A stretch of 64,000 nt of DNA from positions 3,046,188 to 3,110,187 of the forward strand of contig BFEA01000015.1 in NCBI GenBank assembly GCA_003427395.1, written 5' to 3'. Origin of the DNA: Chara braunii. Its lineage: Eukaryota > Plantae > Charophyceae. Below the pieces are notes generated by a model. The model did no database searches and was not told where the DNA came from. It was given only the letters and a program-made list of their open reading frames with translations. Position 1 is the stretch's first letter, and every line of letters starts with the position of its first letter. Positions 35,053 through 47,451 of the stretch are shown one piece after another. Position numbers and translations under genes: made by a program.

Positions 35053-35280
35053 AACACTCGACCAGAATTGCCGGATGCGTGTCCAGCTAGTCTGAGGGCA
35101 ATGATTACAGAGTGCTGGTCGCCAGACCCCGAGAAGCGACCGGAGTTCTCGAGCGTTGTGAGGACGCTGGAAGCAGAGCTATCCTCAATGAGGTGCGCCC
35201 CTCTTTCAATGGAAAGATCAATGAAGATGCCCTGGTCGTGGATTAGTTGCTGCATGTCCAGTCCAGATACGAGGGAGTGA
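35053..35280 (+). CDS. Raf-like kinase terminal exon 4 (subdomain XI plus short C-tail, TGA stop)
   Basis: AACAG|AAC acceptor; NTRPELPDACPASLRAMITECWSPDPEKRPEF matches the RP.LP..CP..L..LI..CW..DP..RP.F subdomain XI pattern; TGA at 35278-35280. Confidence 0.88.
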   Translation, partial: NTRPELPDACPASLRAMITECWSPDPEKRPEFSSVVRTLEAELSSMRCAPLSMERSMKMPWSWISCCMSSPDTRE

Positions 35281-35629
35281 GAGATTGACAGCCATTGAGC
35301 GAGGACGATGAGATGGTTCAACTGGGAACGCGATTGCAGCAGGCAAGCTGAGAGAGGAGGGTGCGCTGGGGAGTCGGTCTCCGTGTACATGTACCAGACT
35401 CCTCTCCTGTTGTTGTACCTTGGCTGGCATTGCCACATCCAGCCTACACATACCTCCCTCCCTCCAACCCTCGCTCCCTTCCCCCTTTCCTCCCTCTCCT
35501 CTCCCCCTCCCTCCCTCGCATCCCAATTCGGTGTTTGATAGAATGATGGTGGAGGTATCATGCATGAGTGCATGTAGTTCCACTGCTCGTGTTAGTTAGA
35601 GAACAAACCTTATGCTCTTAGCGAGGCGG

Positions 35630-37020
35630 GGAGGGAGTCGACAACCTCCTGCTGATATTAACCCGCCAGGGAATATGAGTTTTGTGGGGATGAAAGCAAA
35701 AGCAGAGGAAGAAGGCGGCGCACGAGGGCAGGGAACCATCTATGCATGTGGAAAGGAATTTGCAAAACAGACGTGCTAAAATGGTAGCCTCAGCTGGAAA
35801 CTGACAATGGGAAGCAAGGCTTTTCAGGCGGAGCGAATGCTGAAACATTGCCTCAGTTTGGATTTTGTTCTCTGCACCTCGAGAATTTGACGGGAACTCG
35901 AAGCTTGTTTTATTAGGCTTTCGTGGCGGTCATGTGGGTCCTATCAAGCATGTGGAATTCTGCTTATAGTCCGTTGGTGCAACAGGTTGAAGCTGAGTCG
36001 AGTTCCCTCTTGCTGCGTATGAGGGGTTGCTCGCCATTTTAGGCGAGAGCGAATGCTGCAACATTGCCTCAGTTTGGATTTTGTTCTCTGCACCTCGACA
36101 ACTTGAAGTGAAGTTGGACGTGGCTGTGGGGGAAAAGGCATCACAAACGGTGTGAGAAGTCATCGGTCGTCCCCGACTACCTTCCGCTGATCGTAACCAG
36201 GCAGGGAATATGAGTTTGGTGGGCATCGAAGCAGGAAAGAGAAGGCACAAGAGTGCGGAAAAATGTGGACCGTTGTGGAAAGGAAATCACAATGGCTGCT
36301 GTAGAAGGCCACAGAAACAGTCTTGAGAAGTCATATGTGTTGTTCCCGACTACCTTCTGCTGATCTTAGCCGGACAGGGAAAATGAGTTTTATATGGGCA
36401 TCAAAGCAGGAAGGAGAAGTGCAGAAAACTGTGTGTATGGTTATGGGAAGGAACTTGCAATGGCTGCTGTAGCAGGCCACAGAATCAGTTTTGAGAAAGT
36501 CGTATGTTGTTCCCGACTACTACCTTCTGCTGATCTTAACCGGACAGTGAAGCTGAGTTTTATGTGGGCATCAAAGCAGGAAGGAGAAGGCGCAATAGTG
36601 CAGAAAACTGTTTACGGGTGTTGAAACTCGAAAACAGTTGAATCGAATTTGCAAAGGATGATGAGAGTTGTGAGCGTGAGGTTGTGCTGATCGTATTAGT
36701 AGTTAGACAACAAAGCTCTCTGCTTTTTTTTTTTTTTTGCGCAGGGGCCATGCTAATCTTCTCTGAATCGTTCCAATTTTAATGGATGTCCGAAAGGACG
36801 ACAAAGCTTTCTGCTACTAGTGAGCCAGGGAACGAGATGGCAACCCCCTGGTGATATTTTAACCAGGCAACGGCAGGGAAGATGGGTTTTGTGGGGTTGG
36901 TGGAAGGAGGAAGGAGAAGGCACAAGAGTGCAGGGAAGGAATTCGCAAAAGGCTGTTGGAGAAGGCGAAGGCGTCAGAAACAGTGTGAGAAGTCGTTGGC
37001 CGTCCCCGACTACCTTGCAT
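35630..37020. repeat. Degenerate ~170-bp repeat array downstream of the kinase stop codon
   Basis: CCCGACTACCTTC.GCTGAT.TTAACC...GAGTTT...GGGCATC.AAGCAGGAA recurs at least five times. Confidence 0.7.
36725..36800 (-). pseudogene. U6: 3'-truncated U6 retrocopy with poly(A) and a 15-bp TSD
   Basis: Minus strand GTCCTTTCGGACATCCATTAAAATTGGAACGATTCAGAGAAGATTAGCATGGCCCCTGCGC plus A-tail. ACAAAGCT(C/T)TCTGCT at 36710-36724 and 36801-36815. Confidence 0.93.
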
Positions 37021-38422
37021 TAGCATGCAGTGAGACACCCATAGTGGGGGGGGAGATATATTCAGTGTGCTCGACATCGAGACATGCACAGGTTACGCCT
37101 GTCGGATATGGGTCTTTGGTCAGCGAAAGCCGCGCCATGCCATGGGAATGGGGGGCCNNNNNNNNNNNNNNNGGGGCGGGAAAGGAGAGCAGGCACACAG
37201 GGCTAGTAGTTGGGTGACAGGGATTTCGATTTCGATGTCAATCTGAAATTCCAAATCGATAAATTGGTTTTATCTTCTGTGTAGTTACTTTCCCTCCATG
37301 CCTGAAGAGTGCGCCTGCACATCGCATCTGCGGAGAAGGGAGCGGTGGAGGGAGGGAGGTAAGGGTGCGCAAGTAAAGGGCAAACGAGACAGAATGAGTA
37401 CCTGTGACCAATTGGTTTCGAAACGGGTGCCGGTCAGACTGAGTCAGTACCTTCCTGGAATAATCGGAAGCATGAGAACAAGAAGGGGAGGGCGGTGGAG
37501 GGTGGGAGGTAAGGGTGGAAGAAAAGGGGAAAACGAGACAGAACGAGTACCTGTGACCACCTGCTCGTTGAATGCGTACAATTTGACTTTTCCCATTGTA
37601 TGTTCGTCGATATTCGAAGGCCACGAAATGGGAGAGCCTGGAGGAGCTGATAAGAAACCCGAGAAAAGCCGGCCCGTGGGAGCCTTTAGCTCGTCGAGTT
37701 ACTGGTTTGAAACTGGTGCCAGTCGGTACCTTCCTCGAATAATCGTAAGCATGGTGACAAGAAAGGAGCGAAAGGGCACAAGTACGGAGTACCTGGTCGC
37801 TATCGGGATGATTGCCGAGTACGCAAGCAAGTGGATTGCCGATTCCCATCCGAGTCTCCCAACTGGGTTACCCACCATAAAGTATACGAAAGGGATTTGA
37901 ACCCTCAACCTTAGCCTTGGAAATGCTTTTAGCGGCAGTACTATCGGCCATCCATTCGCCATATCGTTCCCTCCTTGGCGGCTGGGGGGGTGCTCATGCT
38001 CATCGTACTGGACCTGCAGACTTTTAGGGTGGACACGTAAGTGTAGGGACAGCCGTCGAGTCTACCTTCCAATTGTTTTATCTACCTTATGACTCCTTTC
38101 TTGCAGGCCGAGGGAGCGTAGTCTGGCTGTACCTGCAGAGTGGCTGAGGGAAGACGGGTACGGGTGGTGATCGCTTCTGACGTGCACTTGGATAGAGGCA
38201 CACGGTCGGGGTCCAACCGAGGGCTAGCTATGACCAGTGATCCCCTTTCACAACGGGCTTGAGTCTTCACGCCGAGTTCTTCACTACGAGTATCTTGAAC
38301 GGCGTTGAATACGTCATTTACGTCTTGTTGGCTGGGTGCATTGCTCTTACGAAGAAAGAGCAGAGCGGGCATCCAGGTTGTGTTGGGTCCAGGAAGGCAA
38401 GTGAGCGAGAGTACGGTGGTGT

Positions 38423-38622
38423 GATGGGTCCAGGGATGGGTCCAGGTATGGGGAAGATGGGTCCAGGGATGGGTCCAGGTATGGGGAAGATGGGTCCAGG
38501 GATGGGTCCAGGNTCCAGGTATGGGGAAGATGGGTCCAGGGATGGGTCCAGGTATGGGGAAGATAGGTCCAGGGATGGGTCCAGGTATGGGGAAGATGGG
38601 TCCAGGGAGGGGTCCAGGTATG
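38423..38622. repeat. GATGGGTCCAGG-based 12/21-bp (33-bp higher-order) minisatellite
   Basis: Directly visible. Confidence 0.9.
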
Positions 38623-38746
38623 GTGACAGTGGTGCTGCTCTACTGAAGACGGCACTGAAAGTCGGGGAAAACGACAACCGTGTGTCCTCTAGCCAGCATC
38701 CTTCTCAGAATCGCAGAATGACTCGAGGGTCTACTTTTGCAGAATC

Positions 38747-38880
38747 TCTCTTGTGAACAGCATTGGCCTCAGATTTGCTGTCGACGAGTCTTCTCTTGTG
38801 AACAGCATTGGCCTCAGATTTGCTGTCGACGAGTCTTCTCTTGTGAACAGCATTGGCCTGAGATTTGCTGCGACGAGTCT
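38747..38880. repeat. 45-bp tandem repeat, 3 copies
   Basis: TCTCTTGTGAACAGCATTGGCCT.AGATTTGCTG(T)CGACGAGTCT three times. Confidence 0.9.
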
Positions 38881-39936
38881 ATCTTTTGCCGACGGTACGC
38901 TGGGACGACGGTGCTTGGTTTGGTCCCCTATTTGTGATCGCATTTAATCACGGAAGAGAGTGGAGTCTGTTTCGAAACTATTCATATTGCGGACGTTCCT
39001 GGATGCATTTCTCCCTGAATTACAGCCAGCTCCGGTCAAAAATGAGACTCTCTTTTGCGGGCTGTATGGTGGTGAGAGCTCCAACAACGGTGTTAGCTGC
39101 TCCTTTCCTCAGTTCACAAACCCTTCACTGTAAGAGATTGGGATTTGGTGGCCACGGTTTTTTGAAACGCACAGGTCATATTGGTATTGCGGATTTTTTT
39201 TGGATGCATGTCCATAATTACGGCCCCATTCGGTCGAAAACTCCTGATGTGAGTAATGCTGCCAGAATCGGAATAGGGTGAACACAGACAGACCTTTCTT
39301 CCCCTTTGCGATTCCCACCAAGGCTAAACTCTCTAAAGGAGCAGGCTCCATGCGATGGCTGCCACAATAATTCAATATTCCAAAGCACCTGCTTTGTATC
39401 CGGAGACGGTGGAGAGATCGGACACTTCTTTTTGGAAACATTAAATGTTGTTTGCAACCTCTAAAGAGTAGAGATGCAAGGAGCTGCGCCTCCCTTTTGA
39501 ACAATTTTTCCCCTTGGATTTTTTGTGGTTCTTCTACTTAGAGACCACACTGTTTTTTGTGGTTCTTTTTCTTAGAGACTACACTGTCTGCTTTGATGAC
39601 TGGAAGGAACAGTGTCGATCATGTGTTTCATAGAAAGCATAGGAGAGGGAAATTGAAGCAGGGCTTATGCTAAGCTACTGAAGTGCCGATGCATGTGCAC
39701 TTGACTGAACCCCCTCATTTTCACCTCCTTGTCTCGCTGCTACCGGTAGCGTCTGTTTTCTCTTTTCTTATTTTTCACTCACAGCCTCACAGGGATATAG
39801 CCATTCCGAATCCCCCCGAGGCTGTACGCAATCCACAAAGTCACCATTTCTGCTCACCACTACACTGCAATTCTACTTTTACTGACATCTATGCGCCCAC
39901 ACCCTCGCGCCTCCATACACACACGCACACACACAG

Positions 39937-40001
<65 letters not shown>

Positions 40002-40028
40002 TGAGCATAGTACACACACACAGACACA

Positions 40029-40075
<47 letters not shown>

Positions 40076-40609
40076 TCTGATGTCTTTTTTATCTGAGTTC
40101 ATAGCAGAGGGGACCTTGGTATTTCTCTGCAAGCTGTTTGTACACAATAGGTGCAGTGGCAGATGTTTTCAGTGACGGGTTTCCATCAGAGAGTACCATC
40201 TGCTGCGGCTTTGGCTTTCAAATGTAGGATTTGTTTCTATTGATTGTGGCACTGTGTAGAGCTGCTCTGTTGACATGACCGACCGCCTGGGGTCGAGAAG
40301 GTTTCCAATTGTCAGGGGCAGCATTCTTTACTCCGAAGACCGGCCACTCAGCAGAGAGAGAGGAATCCGGATGTTCTGCTGTGGTCCTGTCTTGTGCAAT
40401 CAGGCACAAGCTTCAGCTTCAGCTTCACCAAACTGTGAGCGTGGTTGCGTTCTGCTTGTGCTTCTCTCACACATCTGTTCAACTGTGACTATAATGTGGA
40501 CAGACCGGCCTCGTTGGATCGTTCCACCGGTCCGTCCATGGCCTCATTGGATCGTTCCACCGGTCCGTCCACATTTGTCGTTGTCGTTCGTACCGCTGAC
40601 CATCAGCAG

Positions 40610-41555
40610 TTAACAGAGTGAGGTAAGAGGATCGAATCCCGAAATCCTTTGCTCGTAATGTCTTTGGTTGATGTGCCATTCAATTTGATGACCATGGAAG
40701 GGAGGAAGTAGAGGAAGTGGATCTGTAATTTGTTGACATCAACTGATGATTAATTATTTGACATCTATAGCTGGTTGTTGCCAGGGGGGGGCAGAGTGCG
40801 AGGTGAGAGGATCAAATCCTGTCGATCCTGTCCGGACTTCGAGTTTGATTGTCGTGGAAAAGGAGGAAGTGAATCTGTAATTTGTTGACGTCAAACTTTA
40901 TTTGACATCTGTAGCTGATCGGTGACCGCCGCCAAGCCTGTTTGCTGTGGAGGCTCATATCCTGCCAATCCTGTTTCAGTTTGATGATGATCATGGAAAG
41001 GGGACGAAGTGGATTTGTAGTTTGTGGACGGTAACTGACCATTTGCTATTTGACATGGAAAGGGGACGAAGTGGATTTGTAGTTTGTGGACGTTAACTGA
41101 CCATACATTTGCTATTTGACATCCGCAGCTGATCGCTGCCAGTGGGTGGAGGGGGGTAAGAGGAGGATCAGATCATATGTCGATCCTGTTCGAGTTTGAT
41201 GGTCTTGGAAGGGCGGAAGTGGAATCTGTAATTTGTTGACGTCAACTTTATTTGACATCTGTAGTTGATTGCGGCCAGTCGGCAGATCGAGGTAAGCGGA
41301 TCCAATCCCGTCGAGCCTGTTTGTTGTGGAGGATCATATCTTGTTCCTGTCAATCTTGTTCGAGTTGGATGATCGTGGAAAGGGGAGGAAGTGGATCTGT
41401 ATTTCGTTGACATCGACTGATCATCATTTGTTATTTGACATCTGTAGCTGCTTGCTGTGCGTGAGCAGAGGGAGGTAAGGGGGTTGGAATCCTCTTATCA
41501 AATCTGTTTGTCGTGGAGGACCGGATCCCATCTATCCTGTTTGTTGTGGAACAGC
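40610..41555. repeat. Degenerate ~190-200-bp tandem array
   Basis: GGAAAGGG..GGAAGTGGATCTGTAATTTGTTGAC...TATTTGACATCTGTAGCTG recurs about five times. Confidence 0.7.
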
Positions 41556-41894
41556 GTCCGTTCGAGGTGAGGGCTAACAAAGCAACGGGATGATGAGCGC
41601 TAAGTGGCAGGAAGGATGATAACATTGAGAGAAGTATATCATTTTCGCCAAACGGACGGAATAGTTCATGAATAGTAAATACGCTGGCTCATCAAACAGC
41701 GCTAAAAGCTTTGACTATCACGCTAAATATTGAATTGTACTGCAGGTCACCAAAGTATAGGTAATTGAATTGTACGACAAGGGGCGCAAAGTTTCTTGTC
41801 TCGAGTGCAGGAGGTATACGAGTTTATTGCCAAGCTGAATAGCAACCTGTCATGTTATCTCTAAACCTCTATAGGTTTGAGGGGAAGAAGTGTA

Positions 41895-42582
41895 GTGTTT
41901 CGTCAACCATTTGTCAACTATTCGTAGACCAGTCATCAACTATTCTTCAACCATTTGCCGACTGTTCCTCAACAATTCGACGACCATTCATCAACTATTC
42001 ATGAACTGTTCGTCAACCATGCATCAACTATTCGTCAACCGTTCGTCAACGAACCACCACCTGTAGTGTTCGTCACGTCGACTCTTCGTCAACCGTTCGT
42101 CAACTATTCATCAACCATTTGTCGGCCACCTGTAGTCGGTGTAGTGTTCGTCAACCATTCGTGAACTATTTGCCAATCATTTGTGAAGTTGTGAACTATT
42201 CGTGCACCATTTGACAACCATTTGTTGACTATTCGTCAACCATTCGTCAACTGTTTGTCAACTATTCGCCAACCATCCGTCAACCACCATCAGTCTCCGT
42301 CAACCATTCGTCCGCTGTGTGTCAAACATTGATCGACCATTCGTCGACCATTCGTCGACCATTCGTCAACCATTCGTCGACCATTCGACCATTCGCCAAC
42401 CATTTGTCGACCATTCGTCGACCATTCATCGGTCATTCGTCAACCATTTGTTGAACATTCATCAACTGTTTGTTAACCATTCGTCAAATGTCCATCACAT
42501 ATTTCTGAACCTCCTGTAGTGTTCGTCAACCATTTGTGAACTCTTTGTCAATCATTTGTCGACTATTGTCAACCATTAGTCA
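41895..42582. repeat. 11-bp satellite (TTCGTCAACCA)n, degenerate
   Basis: Dozens of TTCGTC(A/G)AC(C/T)A variants. Confidence 0.85.
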
Positions 42583-42950
42583 ACAGACTCAACACCTATG
42601 CATGCAAAGTCCTGTGACTGCCTCGACATTGGAGAGAAATACGATGTGCTTCCTTGCATTAGAAAGTAAGGTGTGCTTGGTTGAGAAACTTGCTAGTTCG
42701 ATGTTTGATAAAGGGGTAAAAAGAAGGGAAAAAAAAAGAAAGAAAAGAAAAAGAAAGAAAGAAAGAAAGAGAAAATTGTTAGTAGTTCACTAACTGATTT
42801 CAATTTTCAAATGGATTGATTATTGAAAGCAACCAAAATGATTACAATAAGGAATCCGCATCATTAGCAATTTGCAGAGTCCTCGAGCTGGATGTTGGTC
42901 TATAAAAATCAGTGAAGTTTGGTCTCTAGTTTTCGTTTTTTTTACCTTTT

Positions 42951-42985
<35 letters not shown>

Positions 42986-43515
42986 NNNNNNNNNNNNNNN
43001 NNNNNNNNNNNNNNNNNNNNNNNGTAAAAAAAAATAGTCAAAAAAAAAAAAGAAAAGAAAAGGGTCGGTAGAGCTTGAAAGAAGGGAAAAAAGCAAGGCT
43101 TGGGTTGGCATCCTGGCCTCAATTGGTTCTCCCCTTTTTTGGCAGATGGATTTCGTCGAGTACGTAAATGAACGACTTGCTGAGGCCAGGACGTAGTTGT
43201 CAAGATGCCATGGAAGCTCTGGCTAGAGGCATTAGAGGCAAATATGTGCTTGACACCGACATTGCGAAATGATTTGATGACAAATTGTTTTGAGGATCAG
43301 TAAGGGGGGAGGGGACTTTCGAAACCTACTCCCAAATATAATGCACCCTCATGATGAACGTATTGAACCGGAAATATGGCTTCTGTACGAAAATCAGGGA
43401 GGGTGCTTTCATGTTGAGGGAAGACGGGAGCTTGACTATGAAAGGCAGGCTGGCACAGAATTCTGACGTCTTGATCTGGTTGGCGGATAATAATTGATTA
43501 TTGATGTACTACCTA

Positions 43516-43755
43516 GGCTACCAGAGTGGCCCGGGGCCACTTGCCCGGACGAGGCTAAAAAATAGAAAAAAAATGAAAATTTATTTTTTTAATTTTTGTT
43601 TCAAAAGTTGTTCAGTTTATTTTTCTGCATAAAATGAATTTTTTTTCAGGTTTGTTAGATTTTTTGTTTTTTATTTTTGCCAGGACCTTCCCTGGTCCTT
43701 GCACGGCCGGACCGCCTTGGAAAACAAGGTGACCCGGGTGGACCAGCTGGTAGCC
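43516..43755 (+). mobile_element. Complete short GGCTACCAG-TIR MITE with TA flanks and no hammerhead cargo
   Basis: TA|GGCTACCAG...CTGGTAGCC|TA. Confidence 0.8.
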
Positions 43756-43969
43756 TATTATACTACTATTAATCGAAATAATAATAATACCCCTTTGGCC
43801 ATTTTTAACTTGATGTTCGTGGCTGCAATTTTGGCGTTTTTAAACTTCTTTTAATTTGAAATCGTCAGGATTTACTGGGTACCCACCAGTAGGGCCCACC
43901 TGAGGATTTTGGTTAGAAAAATGCCGAAATTGCAGCCAGAAATGTCAGTTCAATAGGGCCCAAAGGCTA

Positions 43970-44797
43970 GGCTACCAGAGTGGCCCAGGACCATTTGCCC
44001 GGCTAGGCCCAAAAAAAAAAAAAAAAAAAGCCCCTTGTTTGTTGCCCTCGTCTCCCTCTCTGCCGACGCTTACGTGGGCAGTTTCTGTTTGTCACAGCCC
44101 CTCGTTTGTTGTCCTCTTCTCCCTCCTCTGTGTACGGTTCACCGGGCAGCTCTGTGTGACGAATCTGACGGTAATATTCTAATAAAGATAGTAATATTCT
44201 ACAAATAATTATTGTATTATTAAAAAGATCATGAAAATAAGTGTATTAGATTAAGTGTATATATACTATGTACTCAACATTGTACTAGATATTGTATATT
44301 GACTACATTCTTAAATCAAATTGAAAATTAGATCTATATAATCAATTCAATCAAGTAAGATTCATATCAGTAATATGCTAATCAATCAGAAAATATTATA
44401 TATATATGTTAATTTTATTATTTATTTATTTCTGGTAAAGAATTTCGATGTTACCCTGAGGCAAACCTTGTTCAGTTTATTTTTCTGCATAACATAGTTT
44501 GTTTCAGTTTTTTTTCTTTTTTCTTTTTTTTTCTTTTTCGTTTTGCTGGGACCTCTTTTGGTCCTTGCATGGCCCGGCTGCCCGGGCAAACAAGGTTATC
44601 CACTGAGAAGCCTCCCCATAACCAAGTTACTATGGTGTCTCCTACAACAGGTATTGCGCTAGCTAAACTTGTAATTACAGTAGCTCCCCAAAAACTCGTT
44701 TGTCCCCATGGCAACACATACCCAATAAAAGCTAGGGCGGTCCGGCTGGCAGGAACCCGAGCAAACAAGGTGATCAGGGCGGTCCGGCTGGGACCCC
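43970..44797 (+). mobile_element. Long GGCTACCAG-TIR MITE holding two 3' modules of the hammerhead repeat (44030-44161) and a cob NUMT
   Basis: Left TIR, A-run, tandem GCCCCT(C/T)GTTTGTTG..CTC...GGGCAG modules, and interior GAATTT.GATGT.ACCCTGAGGCAAA shared with the 13286 copy. Confidence 0.7.
44595..44733 (-). pseudogene. cob: Nuclear insertion of a mitochondrial cytochrome b fragment (NUMT)
   Basis: [46 protein letters not shown] matches plant-type Cob (normally GQMSFWG); no flanking cob sequence. Confidence 0.93.
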
Positions 44798-45332
44798 TTA
44801 TTAAGTTATTGTTGCATTTTGAGATGTGTTGGGATCAACTCCATTGAATGAATCTCCTGCTAGCACGTGGGACGGGATGCTTCACCGCCGCCACATTTTA
44901 GTCTTTCTAGATTAAACATATGGCAGTGAGTGTATCTTTCCATGTTCTAGGGGAACATTCATTCTCTCTCTCTCTCTCTCATGCAAAATGAGAATGAATC
45001 TTCCGTTAGAACACGGCGAGATACACCGCCATATTTTTTGTCTACAAAAAGACAACAATATGCAGTGTATCTTCCCCTGTTCTAGCGGAAAATGAGAGAG
45101 GGGAACATTCATTCTCTCTCTCACATGCAAAATGAGAATGAATCTTCCGCTAGAACATGGCAAGATACACCGCCATATTTTTTATCTACAAAAGACAACA
45201 ATATGCAGTGTATTTTTCCCGGTTTTAGCGGAAGATGAGAGAGAGAGAGAGGTATTTTGGCCACCAATCACGTAGCATTCTGTTGGGGTCTAGGGTAGAT
45301 CACACAACGAAGGGAAGAGTATGCAAAGGTTG

Positions 45333-45366
<34 letters not shown>

Positions 45367-45600
45367 CGGCCCAACGGCTGGGGGGGTGTACCGAAAAGAT
45401 GTAGTTGGGCCCTATGAAAGTTGGCATGTATGGGGGTATTTTGAACAGATGGACCCATAGCAGGTAGGGCATATTGCAAAGCTAGTAGGTCCAACTGTGC
45501 TCTGCGGGGCATTTTGCAAATAGTACCACATGTCCACATCTTTAGGGGCATTTCGGTATATATCTCAACTTTTGGGGGCATACACAAATTTTCCCATGTA

Positions 45601-46179
45601 CAGGGTAACCGGCGTTCGGGACGGGCCGAACTCCCGAACCCGAACACCCGAACGTATGGGACCCCTTGGGGATGCGTTCGGCCGTTCGGGCCGGACGNNN
45701 NNNNNNNNNNNNNNNNNNNNNNNNNNNNNNNNNNNNNNNNNNNNNNNNNNNNNNNNNNNNNNNNNNNNNNNNNNNNNNNNNNNNNNNNNNNNNNNNNNNN
45801 NNNNNNNNNNNNNNNNNNNNNNNNNNNNNNNNNNNNNNNNNNNNNNNNNNNNNNNNNNNNNNNNNNNNNNNNNNNNNNNNNNNNNNNNNNNNNNNNNNNN
45901 NNNNNNNNNNNNNNNNNNNNNNNNNGGCGAGCACGTTTTGACACCGCCATCTTTGGCGATTTTTAATTCTTAATTGGCTTAGCCAAATGACTTGAAAATT
46001 TACAGGCACGTACCTCACGTCATAGAGAACTCACAGAAAAATAATCAGAAAAAAATAGTTATTTCTAGGCCCCGAAATATTTTTTGGCGGGGGCCGAACG
46101 CCGTCGGGTTCGGACCCCGAACGCCTGTACGTACGCAGGTCTGCCCGGGGACCTCCGTATGTACGGGCTGGTGACCCTT
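45601..46179. mobile_element. hAT-like non-autonomous element (TIR CAGGGT(A/C)ACC) with CCGAAC subterminal repeats
   Basis: CAGGGTAACC ... GGTGACCCTT; flanks TCCCATGTA and TCCCGCGTA (8-9 bp degenerate TSD); interior partly N. Confidence 0.6.
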
Positions 46180-47451
46180 TCCCGCGTACATATTGAAAAT
46201 GGTTTTTATTTTTTTATTTTTATTTTTATTTTTATTTTTATTTTTATTTTTATTATAATGGAAACAAAGCTCCATCTATGTACATATTGAAAATGGTAGA
46301 CACGACAGACTTAAAATGTGATCCTAGATATAGTGAAAATGGTAAACAAATCCAGCGGCCTAGCTCAGTTGGCAAGGCACGCAAGTGGCATTCTGGAGGT
46401 CTTGGGTTCAATCCCCACTGGCCTCATGTACCTTCCTCGGCATGCTTGATGCCTGCCATCTAAAGATAGCCCGCCGGTCCCCCCAATTGGCATCGCCCTT
46501 TGTTGCTCTTTTCTTTTTTTTTTAACATAAAAAATATGTTCTTAAATCCAGCAGCTACACACAAGTGGCATTCAGGATGCCGTGGGTTCAATCCCCACAG
46601 CCGCCTGTGGTACACTTGGTGCCAACCAACTAAGATAGTCAGATGGATCCTCCCGGACGGTATTATCAGGGTCTTTAGCCAACACCGACGGGCGCGCGAG
46701 TGTGCTTGGGTTGCGTGTGGTGTGTGGGAGTGTGTTGGCTGTAATGTTGGATATGCTGTTACGTTCTTGCGAACGCCTCTACTGACCGTCTCATTAATGA
46801 AGCAAGTGAGATGCGTTGCGTAAAGTCTCTGAGGATCCCAAACAGCTCGGCGGTCGCTGGCTAGGGCGAGCGGCCGTACTTTTTTGTGGTTTCCTGCTGA
46901 TCGAACATTGCTTATACAATTTTCACTGGTTTCCCCAACCTGAAATCAACGAAACAACGCACTGATGAGTCGGTGTACAGTGCAACCTTTGTGAGATTGT
47001 ATTACAAAACGAGTTTGCGAAAGAAGTGTTTCCTGTGATTTCTTGGACGGAGCAACTCTGCTGACGAGCCCGTGGGATTCAGACGCGAAGCGTCTGCTCT
47101 TCGAGCCTTTGCCAAGGTGGAGAACGTCATGTGCTAAGAAATGGAATACACTGCTGTTACTCGATGGGGGTGGGGGAATGGAGGAAGATGAAAAGGGAGG
47201 TGCAGTTTCCAGTCCTTGTGTTAGCTGGGCCCCCACGGGTGGCCCCAACCCTGCACCCTAAACCACTAGGGCAAGGGGCAAACATGCAATTACCTCCTCC
47301 ACCAAGAAAGGTAACCTCCCTTCACCAAAGAGAGGTAGATAGCTATGCTTGCAGGGGTCTCCTGTATAGCCTTAGGAGTAGTGGTAGGTAGGCAGTGAAA
47401 GATGAAAAAGATATGTTCCGTGATGTGGCTGACGCCCGTTAAAAATTGAGG

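Noticed and set aside
38747-38880. Regular repeats that might suggest a CRISPR array (also 13843-14185 and 56705-57083)
   Set aside because: Head-to-tail tandem units without unique spacers, in eukaryotic DNA with no cas genes.
46946-46980. GAAAC...CTGATGAGTCGGTG hammerhead-like words (also CTGATGAG at 47864)
   Set aside because: Stems I-III cannot be formed; at most a scrambled remnant.
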